64,000 nucleotides of DNA from a virus. Lineage: Duplodnaviria; Caudoviricetes. Each line of letters begins with the position of its first letter. The stretch's first letter is position 1. Shown here one piece after another: positions 55,311 to 63,623 of the stretch. The notes under the pieces are model-generated. The model was not told the origin of the DNA. It was given only the letters and a program-made list of their open reading frames with translations, and did not search any database. The DNA lies in IMG/VR virus record IMGVR_UViG_3300027974_001530. The stretch is one strand, 5' to 3'. The translations under genes were made by a program, and so were the position numbers.

Positions 55311-56753
55311 TTATTGTGTTTTTCTACCGTATGAAATTAAATTTCCTATTCTTTCTAAATCCTCGTTAATTTTTTTAGACTTTTTACTACTTCTTTTTTC
55401 CCCACTTTCAACTTTATTTAAAAGATCAGAAGCATCATCACTTCCTGGTCTATCTTTAACAATAGGTTGTGGAGATTTATTATAAGCCTTTTTCTTAATT
55501 TGACCTAACAAATTCTTTTCTCTAATTTCATTTCTTCTTTTGTTTGTTGGTGTTTCTACCGCATTTGCCCATTTAGGGTTGTTTCCTGTTCTTGACGATC
55601 CAAGAACATTATCTTCAACCCACTCTTTATTAGGTGCGAATTCATCGTATTCAATATTTTCTAATGCTGCTGCAGTAAAGTTTTCAACGTATTCTGCAAC
55701 ACTATCTGAAGGAACATACGCCATCTTATCCATTTCTTCTATCTCTCCATTACCCATTGGGAAATGTTTAGGTTCCATAGTAAATGACTCTTTAGATCCA
55801 TCTTTCATGTAATCTTTCATTTTTTTAGAAACTTCTTTGTAGTAATCTTGATTTTCTTTTCCTGATTTATCAAAAGATCTTTCATACTCAGAATATCCTC
55901 TAGTTTTTTTAGATGGTTTTAATTTCTCTTCGGCCAAAGTCTCAATTAAATTAACAACTTGTTCTTCACTTAATCTTACGGTTCTACCTAACTTATCGTT
56001 GAATATTTCGTACTCATACATTTTTGTTCTGAAGGTTTTTTCTCCGTCATTCCAAAAATCAGATGTTTTTTTCGCATTATCAAACATGTCTTCTTCAAGT
56101 TTTGGTTCGTACTGGAAGTCGATACCTTGAGAAAAACCTTCTCCTCCACACCATTCACATTCAGTGTCATTAAATTCGTCGTATCCTGTTCCATTACAAT
56201 GTGAACACTCCTCTTCATGATCACCATAATAAGGGTTAAACATACTTAAATCTTTATAATCATCACCTTTAAATTCTAAAAGATCAGACTCTTTCATTCC
56301 ACATTCAGAACATTCTCCCTCCATTTTCAATCCACCACACTCACAAACATCACTTTCATTAACCTCAAATTCGTAGATTGTTTCTTCTTCCATTGGCCAT
56401 TTACCTCCACATTCCATACATTCTCCACGACCTTCTTTTGTTTCTTTTTTGTTTCTTAACATTTTGAAGTCCTCTCTATCGATTCTACCATTTTTGTTTT
56501 TGTCTATATTTCTTTGTTTACCATATAGTTTTTCGCTAAGGTCTTTTTCCATACTTTCTTTTGTTTCTTTTTTGTTTCTTAACATTTTAAAATCTTCACT
56601 ATCAATTCTACCGTTTTTGTTTTTGTCTATATTTCTTTGTTTACCATATAGTCTTTCATTAAGATCTTCTTCCACATAATCAAAAGAATTTCCGGCTTTA
56701 TTGAATTTCATTGTATCGTATTTTTCGGATATTTTTCCTCTATAGTTTTTCAT
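55311..56753 (-). CDS. modular protein with duplicated EF-hand-like unit, Cys-rich zinc ribbons and many xxE sites
   Basis: DKNKNGRIDxEDF twice; CMECG, CSECG, CSHCNGTG..CEWCGGEG; TATTTAT at 56767-56773. Confidence 0.75.
   Translation of the reverse strand: MKNYRGKISEKYDTMKFNKAGNSFDYVEEDLNERLYGKQRNIDKNKNGRIDSEDFKMLRNKKETKESMEKDLSEKLYGKQRNIDKNKNGRIDREDFKMLRNKKETKEGRGECMECGGKWPMEEETIYEFEVNESDVCECGGLKMEGECSECGMKESDLLEFKGDDYKDLSMFNPYYGDHEEECSHCNGTGYDEFNDTECEWCGGEGFSQGIDFQYEPKLEEDMFDNAKKTSDFWNDGEKTFRTKMYEYEIFNDKLGRTVRLSEEQVVNLIETLAEEKLKPSKKTRGYSEYERSFDKSGKENQDYYKEVSKKMKDYMKDGSKESFTMEPKHFPMGNGEIEEMDKMAYVPSDSVAEYVENFTAAALENIEYDEFAPNKEWVEDNVLGSSRTGNNPKWANAVETPTNKRRNEIREKNLLGQIKKKAYNKSPQPIVKDRPGSDDASDLLNKVESGEKRSSKKSKKINEDLERIGNLISYGRKTQ
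56434..56658. repeat. 123-bp-period in-frame imperfect duplication
   Basis: CCATATAGT at 56521 and 56644; 41-aa period LYGKQRNIDKNKNGRID. Confidence 0.85.
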
Positions 56754-56778
56754 TTCTTTTTTTATTATAAATATATGA

Positions 56779-57504
56779 TTATCCAAGTTTATTCATTTCA
56801 CTTAAGATAATATCTTTAATAATATCCTCATGAATTTCATACTTATCACTTATTCTTTTTATTACATTTTCTACCGATTGATTCTCAAAAATGTTAAGAG
56901 CTTTGATATCACCTTGGTTACAATATGGGAAACGTTTACATTTTTTTTTAACCTGAACAAATTTTCCTCCAGGTAATTGTGTTTTGGCTCTACCTCTCCA
57001 ATTTTTCTTACTCATAGATTTAGCCCAAGCTCCTGTTGTTTCATATGATCCGGAAGATGAAGATGAGGTTGCCTCAGTTGCCTCAATTTTTTTCGGTTCT
57101 TCACCTGAAAATAAAGGTTCAAAGGATCCTGATCCTCCTGTTGCGGTCGCCTCTTTGGTTTCTGAATTATTTTTTTTAGTAGTAACTACCATTTCTAAAA
57201 AATCCTTTAATTCTTCAGGATCTTTTAAATATTTTTTCATTTCCTGTTTTATCTTGTTTTTTGATAACTTTTTGTTTTTAATAAGTTTGTACATTTCAAT
57301 TATATCCTTCTTATCTTTTAAAAAATCCATATAATGATTTTTTGTATTTTCTCCGTTATCTTCTTCTGTTTGTATTGTTGATAATAAATCGTTTTTTGAT
57401 TGGATGGCAGAGGTAGGATCTAATTGACCTCCACCCTCATAACCTCTAGCATTTGCAATTACTTCGGAAAAACTTTTTTGTATTGCCCCTTTCCAATCTT
57501 CCAT
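56779..57504 (-). CDS. hypothetical protein with repeated EAT-Ser/Gly segments
   Basis: TKEATATGGSGSF, ATEATSSSSSGSY; KKCKRFPYC. Confidence 0.75.
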   Translation of the reverse strand: MEDWKGAIQKSFSEVIANARGYEGGGQLDPTSAIQSKNDLLSTIQTEEDNGENTKNHYMDFLKDKKDIIEMYKLIKNKKLSKNKIKQEMKKYLKDPEELKDFLEMVVTTKKNNSETKEATATGGSGSFEPLFSGEEPKKIEATEATSSSSSGSYETTGAWAKSMSKKNWRGRAKTQLPGGKFVQVKKKCKRFPYCNQGDIKALNIFENQSVENVIKRISDKYEIHEDIIKDIILSEMNKLG

Positions 57505-57506
57505 TT

Positions 57507-57923
57507 TTATTTAAAAATTAAAATATATGTTAATGCTCCAACTATTGATCCTGAAACTATTTCAATAATTGTGTTTTTTGTTTTTATTTTTTTAATATCT
57601 TTTCTTAACTCTTTGTTTTCAGTATCTAATAGTGTTACCTTTTCTTCGGTATCTTTTATTATTATTTCACTATTTTTATCTTTTTGTTCCAAAAATTTAA
57701 CAACACCCTCTTCTTTAATTACTTTGGTTTCTAATTCTTTTATTTCTTTTTGATCTAAAATAGATTGTTTTTTTAATTTATCTAAGTCATTAAGATCTAA
57801 TAGTATTTGTTTCCCCACATTAACAGGAAAACATATTGTAGTGGTATCTTCTTTTTGTGGTTTAGTTTGACTAAAACCTATAAAAGACACCATAAAAAAT
57901 GTTAATAAAATAATTTTTTTCAT
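57507..57923 (-). CDS. secreted coiled-coil protein with C-terminal TM (spanin-like candidate)
   Basis: N-terminal signal sequence, coiled coil, C-terminal hydrophobic helix. Confidence 0.5.
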   Translation of the reverse strand: MKKIILLTFFMVSFIGFSQTKPQKEDTTTICFPVNVGKQILLDLNDLDKLKKQSILDQKEIKELETKVIKEEGVVKFLEQKDKNSEIIIKDTEEKVTLLDTENKELRKDIKKIKTKNTIIEIVSGSIVGALTYILIFK

Positions 57924-57925
57924 AA

Positions 57926-58279
57926 TTAATATTTGTATCTTTGTTTGAACGAACTGTCAATTTCTTTTTTGTCCATTCCTTTTATTTGATCTTTCTTTTG
58001 TTCGTAATAATTATTTACGGTTGTTTTTTCACTTTTTATTTTTAATATATTTTCATCAATCTTTTCAATATCTTTTTTATATGATGTGATAGAATCATTT
58101 AATTGTAGTTGTAAGTTTTTAACTTTACTAATGTTTTGATCTAATTGATCTAACTTATAATTTAATAATTCAGACCTATCTTCAATTGGTTTAAATATCT
58201 TAATTAGAATTATTGTTAATAATAATGTTAATACTACTAATAAGATTTCTTTATAATATTTAACTAAAAAATTTTTCAT
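57926..58279 (-). CDS. N-terminal TM + coiled-coil protein (i-spanin-like candidate)
   Basis: Hydrophobic residues ~11-29, then heptad pattern; near the amidase gene. Confidence 0.5.
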   Translation of the reverse strand: MKNFLVKYYKEILLVVLTLLLTIILIKIFKPIEDRSELLNYKLDQLDQNISKVKNLQLQLNDSITSYKKDIEKIDENILKIKSEKTTVNNYYEQKKDQIKGMDKKEIDSSFKQRYKY

Positions 58280-58851
58280 TTTTCTTTTGGTGTTTTTTTT
58301 CTGTTAGCGATAACTTTTGACCATTTTGCCTTAAACTTTTCGTAATAAGTTCTTAACTTAGTGGTAAATTCAACAAATTCATCATTAATGTTTATCATGT
58401 CTCCGTTTATGTAAACCCCATTTGTTTCACCAATAGAGAAGAAAAATTCAATATCTAAGTCTTGTATTTTACCTGACCATTCTACGTTATTTGGGTATAA
58501 ATTAAGAGTATTAAAATCAACTAATTCAGATACTTCACCAACAAACTCGTCCATTGATTCCTGAAATGCGTTTTTATCGTCTGTTGTTAATTGTAATTCT
58601 TTTTTATCTTTACCATTTATTGTCATAAGTCCTCCTGAAATCCTATAGGTTGTTTTCTTTTCAAACTTTCTATCTTCAGGAGTTTCTTCATTATCTTCGT
58701 CGTTGGGTTCTGCGGTTTCATATTCATCATCAGATTCCTTAATTATACCGTAATACTTATTAAGTATGTCTGTTGATTCCTTCACCATATCTTTGTTAAG
58801 AAGATTTCTTGATGCTGACAATAATTTTTTTATTTCTTCCTGTCTATTCAT
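58276..58851 (-). CDS. hypothetical protein, MNRQEEIKKLL leader
   Basis: ORF track. Confidence 0.75.
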   Translation of the reverse strand: MNRQEEIKKLLSASRNLLNKDMVKESTDILNKYYGIIKESDDEYETAEPNDEDNEETPEDRKFEKKTTYRISGGLMTINGKDKKELQLTTDDKNAFQESMDEFVGEVSELVDFNTLNLYPNNVEWSGKIQDLDIEFFFSIGETNGVYINGDMININDEFVEFTTKLRTYYEKFKAKWSKVIANRKKTPKEK

Positions 58852-59440
58852 TTTCTAATAATTTACTAAATAATTCAAAATTAAAGGCCGGACTTAAGTC
58901 TGTAATCTCACTTAAATAATTACTTTTTGTGACAATACCTTCAAAATTTTCAATACCATTTATTTTTGTGTTGTTTCCCAAAATTTTGACCTCAATATTG
59001 TTATCACCACATAATTTTAAACATAAGTCTGAAGTAGATTTCATCTGATCTTCAGTATATGGTTGCCAATAATAATAATCTCTCCATCTTCTTTGGAAAA
59101 CTTCACTATTATAAATATTGCCAATCCAGTTAATGTAACCAGTTTTTAATGGTTGTTTTTCTAACCAACCTAAATTTTCTAAACAAACAAAAATTGCGTT
59201 TTTATTTAAATCATTTTTATTAAAAAATTTTGAGTATTCTTGATCCTCCAATAACTTAACTATTTTACCTTCCCGATCAATAAAATAGTTAGGTATTTTA
59301 TTGTATGACTCGTTGTGCCTGTATTTTAGGGATGTAATATATTCTTCAGAATATCTGGAGGAATGTATTAATATGATTTGTTTTTTTAAATCTGATACAT
59401 TTTTAGATTTAAAGTTTCCATATTTTATTATGTCCACCAT
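58844..59440 (-). CDS. N-acetylmuramoyl-L-alanine amidase-like (Amidase_2 fold)
   Basis: IILIHS, YFIDREGKI, NAIFVCLEN, YTEDQMKS, TDLSP. Confidence 0.7.
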   Translation of the reverse strand: MVDIIKYGNFKSKNVSDLKKQIILIHSSRYSEEYITSLKYRHNESYNKIPNYFIDREGKIVKLLEDQEYSKFFNKNDLNKNAIFVCLENLGWLEKQPLKTGYINWIGNIYNSEVFQRRWRDYYYWQPYTEDQMKSTSDLCLKLCGDNNIEVKILGNNTKINGIENFEGIVTKSNYLSEITDLSPAFNFELFSKLLENE

Positions 59441-60573
59441 TATTTTTTATAAATCAATCTTTTCTTATTGTTTTCTTCAACATAGTCGGTTTCCCCCAAA
59501 TCTTCAATTTCATATGGGGTAAATACCAATGCGGTAGGTTCATCAATCTTTTCTTCTTCTGTTTGTTCAAGAGGTAATAAACCTTTTTTTCTTAATTTTT
59601 TAACCCTTTCCCAAACCTTTTTTACTTCGTCGGTACTTAGTCGGTACTTAGTCGGTACTTCGTCGGTAACTTGAGGGGTATGATGAGTTAAATAACTTTC
59701 AGGAATCTCAACCTCATCATGTATGGTAACTTGGGGGGTAACTTGGGGGGTAACTTGGGGGGTAAGTTCGTCTTTTCTTTTTCCTTTAAACGCTTGGTTT
59801 GTTGCAATAACTAACGTGATTGCCAATGGATCAAACACAAATATCAGAATTAAAATAAAAAGATTTGCCGTTCTTTTAATATCCCAATCAAGTAGTTCGC
59901 TAACATACTTTAGAGCTCCCAATTCACTTCCTGAAATTTCTTTTGATTCCATGTTTAAAATATCAATATCAAGTTGTGTGATACTATCATTCATATTATC
60001 AATTCTTTTTGCTATAGTGTCCCTTCTAACTTGTGCTTGCGATAATTGAGATTCAAATAATTTTCTATTACCGTCGTTGGCTCTTGTAATTACCTGTCCT
60101 GTTCTTCTATCTATAGATTGTGTTGTTGTGTTATTAGATACCCCATCTCTTAACTTAGTAATGTCTCCATCTAAAGTGTTTTTTTCTTTGGTTAACTCAA
60201 CTTTAACTTCATCAAATCGTTTCTTTTTGACTTCAATATTTTTAACTTGTTTTTCATTTATTTCAAGTTTTGCGATATTACTCTGAAAACCGGTACTTAA
60301 CAGTCCGTATATCCCTAAAGAGGTAATTATAGATAGTACTATAAGAGCAATTGATAGGTAAATCTTAAGAATACCATAGGTTTCTTTCCATTTATCGTGT
60401 AAGTATGTTGCAATTGCAATCTTGGATATTTCAAGAAATGATCCCATAATGATAACGGGTAATGCTACACCAACAAATACTATTGATAAACCAACTACTG
60501 AATAATATGCCGCAGTTCCAGATAAACCCAACGCACAAAATAACATAAACCAAGGTAAAAATTTTTCTTTCAT
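59440..60573 (-). CDS. multi-TM membrane protein with coiled coil and repeat-rich C-tail
   Basis: Three N-terminal TMs, coiled coil, TM at LFILILIFVFDPLAI; TATTTAT at 60592-60598. Confidence 0.8.
   Translation of the reverse strand: MKEKFLPWFMLFCALGLSGTAAYYSVVGLSIVFVGVALPVIIMGSFLEISKIAIATYLHDKWKETYGILKIYLSIALIVLSIITSLGIYGLLSTGFQSNIAKLEINEKQVKNIEVKKKRFDEVKVELTKEKNTLDGDITKLRDGVSNNTTTQSIDRRTGQVITRANDGNRKLFESQLSQAQVRRDTIAKRIDNMNDSITQLDIDILNMESKEISGSELGALKYVSELLDWDIKRTANLFILILIFVFDPLAITLVIATNQAFKGKRKDELTPQVTPQVTPQVTIHDEVEIPESYLTHHTPQVTDEVPTKYRLSTDEVKKVWERVKKLRKKGLLPLEQTEEEKIDEPTALVFTPYEIEDLGETDYVEENNKKRLIYKK
59623..59666. repeat. 4 x 11-bp tandem repeat TACTT(C/A)GTCGG inside a CDS
   Basis: Units start at 59623, 59634, 59645 and 59656. 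Confidence 0.9.
59725..59765. repeat. 3+ x 12-bp tandem repeat GGTAACTTGGGG (encodes TPQV)
   Basis: Units start at 59725, 59737 and 59749; partial at 59761. Confidence 0.9.
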
Positions 60574-60610
60574 ATTAATAAACTATACTTAATAAATATA
60601 AAAGATAAAG

Positions 60611-60638
60611 AAAAACCCCCATTTTAGGTGGGGGTTTA
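60611..60638. terminator. hairpin terminator
   Basis: AAAACCCCCA-loop-TGGGGGTTTT. Confidence 0.7.
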
Positions 60639-60663
60639 TATATGATAGGGTTGTTATTTTAAA

Positions 60664-61110
60664 TTAACGATCTTCAATTGTAAAACCAGAAGAATCAACT
60701 TCAGGACCATTGTTAATTAACATTTCAACTTTGATCTCACCATCAACAAATCTTGACACAGAACAGAATTCAATTTCAACATCCTCATTAAGATTTAATT
60801 TAAATTCATTATATTGTTCCTCAGTTTCAAAAGAACCACACTGAGTTGCTGGTGATTGATAAACTTTTAACCGGTAAGAACCGTATGGATTTTTTAATTC
60901 ATTAGTTTCCCATATTAGATTATCAAAAGTGTAATTTTCAGTACCATCCTCGGTAAGAAATTTACCATCCTCACCTCTTTTATAAAATCCAGATCTATGA
61001 TATCCACAATTGTTACAATTTAAATATTCTTCTCCTGTTTTGTAATAGAAATCACTAAAGGCTTCTTGTTTACAATTTGGACATTCAATAAAGTCAATTA
61101 CACTTCCCAT
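60664..61110 (-). CDS. zinc-ribbon hypothetical protein
   Basis: CPNC...CNNCG. Confidence 0.75.
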   Translation of the reverse strand: MGSVIDFIECPNCKQEAFSDFYYKTGEEYLNCNNCGYHRSGFYKRGEDGKFLTEDGTENYTFDNLIWETNELKNPYGSYRLKVYQSPATQCGSFETEEQYNEFKLNLNEDVEIEFCSVSRFVDGEIKVEMLINNGPEVDSSGFTIEDR

Positions 61111-61130
61111 TTTAATTTATATATTTTTTA

Positions 61131-61313
61131 TTAATTTTTATTTTTCCATTCTTTCCAAGTATCAAAGTCCTTGAGTTTCTCCATCTCTTCTTCCATCCAT
61201 TTAGCTCCTGATATAAACATATCTTTCCAATAACCTGCATCTGATGGTCGATGATAAGGGTATTTCCTATCTAATACTTTAGTAGCTGCTTCTTCAACTG
61301 TTTCTTTTTCCAT
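61131..61313 (-). CDS. hypothetical protein
   Basis: ORF track. Confidence 0.65.
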   Translation of the reverse strand: MEKETVEEAATKVLDRKYPYHRPSDAGYWKDMFISGAKWMEEEMEKLKDFDTWKEWKNKN

Positions 61314-61324
61314 ATCACTTATTT

Positions 61325-61660
61325 TTATTTTGTTTCAACTACGTATTTTCTTCCTTCTTTTTCTAATTTCCCGACAAAATCATTTTCGTGATTAATACCA
61401 CCATAAAAACCACTTCCGTCCGACCAAACACCTTTTTTATTATTTTTATAAACCATTTCACCATCGAATGTAATATATTCAGGTTGGTCATTTTTAGTCA
61501 AAGCGTAAGCTCTTGTCATTTCTCTCTTCTCAGATGGTGAGTAATTACCTGACCAATCTTGACGACACATAAATGTTGCTTGTCCAACAACAACCTTCTC
61601 TCCGTTGAAGGTTGCGTTCTTATCAAATTTTTTCTTGTAGGTATAAATGTAGGTTCCCAT
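61325..61660 (-). CDS. hypothetical protein (start MGTYIY)
   Basis: ORF track, start adjusted. Confidence 0.7.
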   Translation of the reverse strand: MGTYIYTYKKKFDKNATFNGEKVVVGQATFMCRQDWSGNYSPSEKREMTRAYALTKNDQPEYITFDGEMVYKNNKKGVWSDGSGFYGGINHENDFVGKLEKEGRKYVVETK

Positions 61661-61664
61661 AATT

Positions 61665-62111
61665 TTAATTTTGTTTAAATGATTTGTCTGCCCAAGTTTT
61701 TGCTCCCATTCTACCCCACAATTCCATGTCACACATATCAGGGAATGACTCTCTCATAGTTCCTACGGTTAACACGTCCAAGAACCCTTTGTCGATTGAG
61801 TACCATTTACCTCCTTTGACAGTGTAAACGTTCATCCAGTATCCGTACTCATTTTTTGCTTGGATATTAACCAATGAGTTTTTTTGGTATCCACGGATTA
61901 CTGATTCTGCGGTTCCTTTAGTGTCGTGGATATTGATAAACCCTGCCTGACATTTATTTGCGATACGGAATTCGTATTCTTTGTTCACATCTTTAAGGTG
62001 GTTAGATACCCCAACGGTAATTCTTTTACCTTTGATGTTTGTGTTAAAAGATCCGTAGAATACATCTCCGGACATTATCCCTTCAGTTACTTTGATGATG
62101 TCAGTTGTCAT
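61665..62111 (-). CDS. hypothetical protein (start MTTDII)
   Basis: Promoter TTTG-N19-TACCTTTG at 62135-62165. Confidence 0.75.
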   Translation of the reverse strand: MTTDIIKVTEGIMSGDVFYGSFNTNIKGKRITVGVSNHLKDVNKEYEFRIANKCQAGFINIHDTKGTAESVIRGYQKNSLVNIQAKNEYGYWMNVYTVKGGKWYSIDKGFLDVLTVGTMRESFPDMCDMELWGRMGAKTWADKSFKQN

Positions 62112-62185
62112 AATATTTCGTTTTAGATACATTACAAAGGTAATGATTTTTTTTAAACCACCAAACAAAAAGTATGAAAAATTAT

Positions 62186-62986
62186 TTAAATATATTCAAA
62201 TAATACAGAACCACCATTTCTAAGTCTTCGTAACGCTTTTTCTTTAATCTGTCTAACTCTTTCTTTTGTTAGGCCAAAATCAGTCCCAATGTCCTCAAGG
62301 GTTCTTGGTGTTCCTGTTAACCCAAAATAATCTCCAACAATTATTTTTTCACGATCGTCTAAAACATTTAACAAAGACATTAATTTATCTTTTAATAAAT
62401 CTTTAGTATTAAATGCTGAATCAGGTTGTTCGGCATCTGGGTTTGAGATCATGTCAATTAAAGTATCTCCTTCATCATTAATTTTCATATCTAAATCAAT
62501 TATTGATGGTAAAGATGAGAACTTATCTTCAAGTTTTTTACCTGTTTGTTCTAACTCTTTCTTTGCTCTTTGTAGATCCTGAACAACATTAACTGGTAGT
62601 CTTATTGTTCTTGCGTTATCATTTAATGATTGGATTATAGATTGTTTAACCCACCACACTGCGTATGAGATAAATCTTAAGTCCTTATTCCAATCAAAGT
62701 GTTTAATTGCCTTCATAAGACCTAAATTACCTTCAGCGATTAAATCTGAAAGATCCAATCCTTGGTTTTGGTATTGTTTTGCGACTGTTATCACAAAACG
62801 TAAGTTACCTCTAAGTAATTCTTCCTCAATTTGTTTTCTTTGGTCCACACTTATTTCATCTGACTTCATAAGTTTTGCCATTTCCTTTTCTCTATCGGGA
62901 GTCATAACTTTTATTTTCCTAATGTCTTTAAGGTAGTGTTGAATTTCTTCTTGGTTTATTGGTGCCCCAACATTTTTGTCTTTCAT
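62186..62986 (-). CDS. RNA polymerase sigma-70 factor, Bacteroidota RpoD-like (regions 1.2, 2, 3, 4)
   Basis: HYLKDI; GNLRFVITVAKQYQNQGL.L.DLIAEGNLGL; FISYAVWW; RTIRLP; TLEDIG..FGLTKERVRQI. Confidence 0.93.
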   Translation of the reverse strand: MKDKNVGAPINQEEIQHYLKDIRKIKVMTPDREKEMAKLMKSDEISVDQRKQIEEELLRGNLRFVITVAKQYQNQGLDLSDLIAEGNLGLMKAIKHFDWNKDLRFISYAVWWVKQSIIQSLNDNARTIRLPVNVVQDLQRAKKELEQTGKKLEDKFSSLPSIIDLDMKINDEGDTLIDMISNPDAEQPDSAFNTKDLLKDKLMSLLNVLDDREKIIVGDYFGLTGTPRTLEDIGTDFGLTKERVRQIKEKALRRLRNGGSVLFEYI

Positions 62987-62987
62987 A

Positions 62988-63518
62988 TTATACGTTTTTA
63001 GAATATTCGTCAAGTTTATTTTTTTCTGATTTAGTTAAAGAGTTAATACCATTATCTGTTATTTTATCTAATATCTCATCAACTGTAAGGATACAAATAT
63101 CTTCATTTTTTTCCTTATAATCAACAGATGATAGATAATTTTTTATAAACTCCTCTTCGTTGAGTTCAATTTTAGGTAATTCAAAGATACCTTTATTACT
63201 TTTTCTTTTTTTCTTATTTGGATAAAGATCCATTAGGTGGTCTAAATTTTGTTTCTCAATATTACTTGCAAAATTCCTTCCTTTTGGGATTAAGAAGTAC
63301 GTAAAGTCATCAAAGTCTTTACTAACTAATTCCAAATAGATATTCAATTCAGGAAATGACATTTCTGTTTCAAAATGGTAAACCGCGTTTGTATCACCAA
63401 AAACAAATTTAATTTCGTCTGATTTAACAATTGGACTTAATTCTTGAGCAATTCCTCCAACAAATTCGGTTTTGTTTTTTTTATCGTCACAACGGTAGAT
63501 AAATAAGATATATTTCAT
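62988..63518 (-). CDS. hypothetical protein (start MKYILF), C-terminal DUF6576-like 'VDEILDKI...G..SLT..EK'
   Basis: ORF track; TAnnTTTG at 63567-63574. Confidence 0.7.
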   Translation of the reverse strand: MKYILFIYRCDDKKNKTEFVGGIAQELSPIVKSDEIKFVFGDTNAVYHFETEMSFPELNIYLELVSKDFDDFTYFLIPKGRNFASNIEKQNLDHLMDLYPNKKKRKSNKGIFELPKIELNEEEFIKNYLSSVDYKEKNEDICILTVDEILDKITDNGINSLTKSEKNKLDEYSKNV

Positions 63519-63623
63519 TTTTATAATTTTCGTAAGAATTAAAACAACTATACTGTTATTGTTGTACAAATATAGTTGTTTTTTTTTGATTTACAGAATT
63601 TTTAATGAATAAATATTTTTTAA

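Noticed and set aside
59623-59765. Possible iterons or mini-CRISPR
   Set aside because: Units are head-to-tail without spacers and lie inside a CDS.
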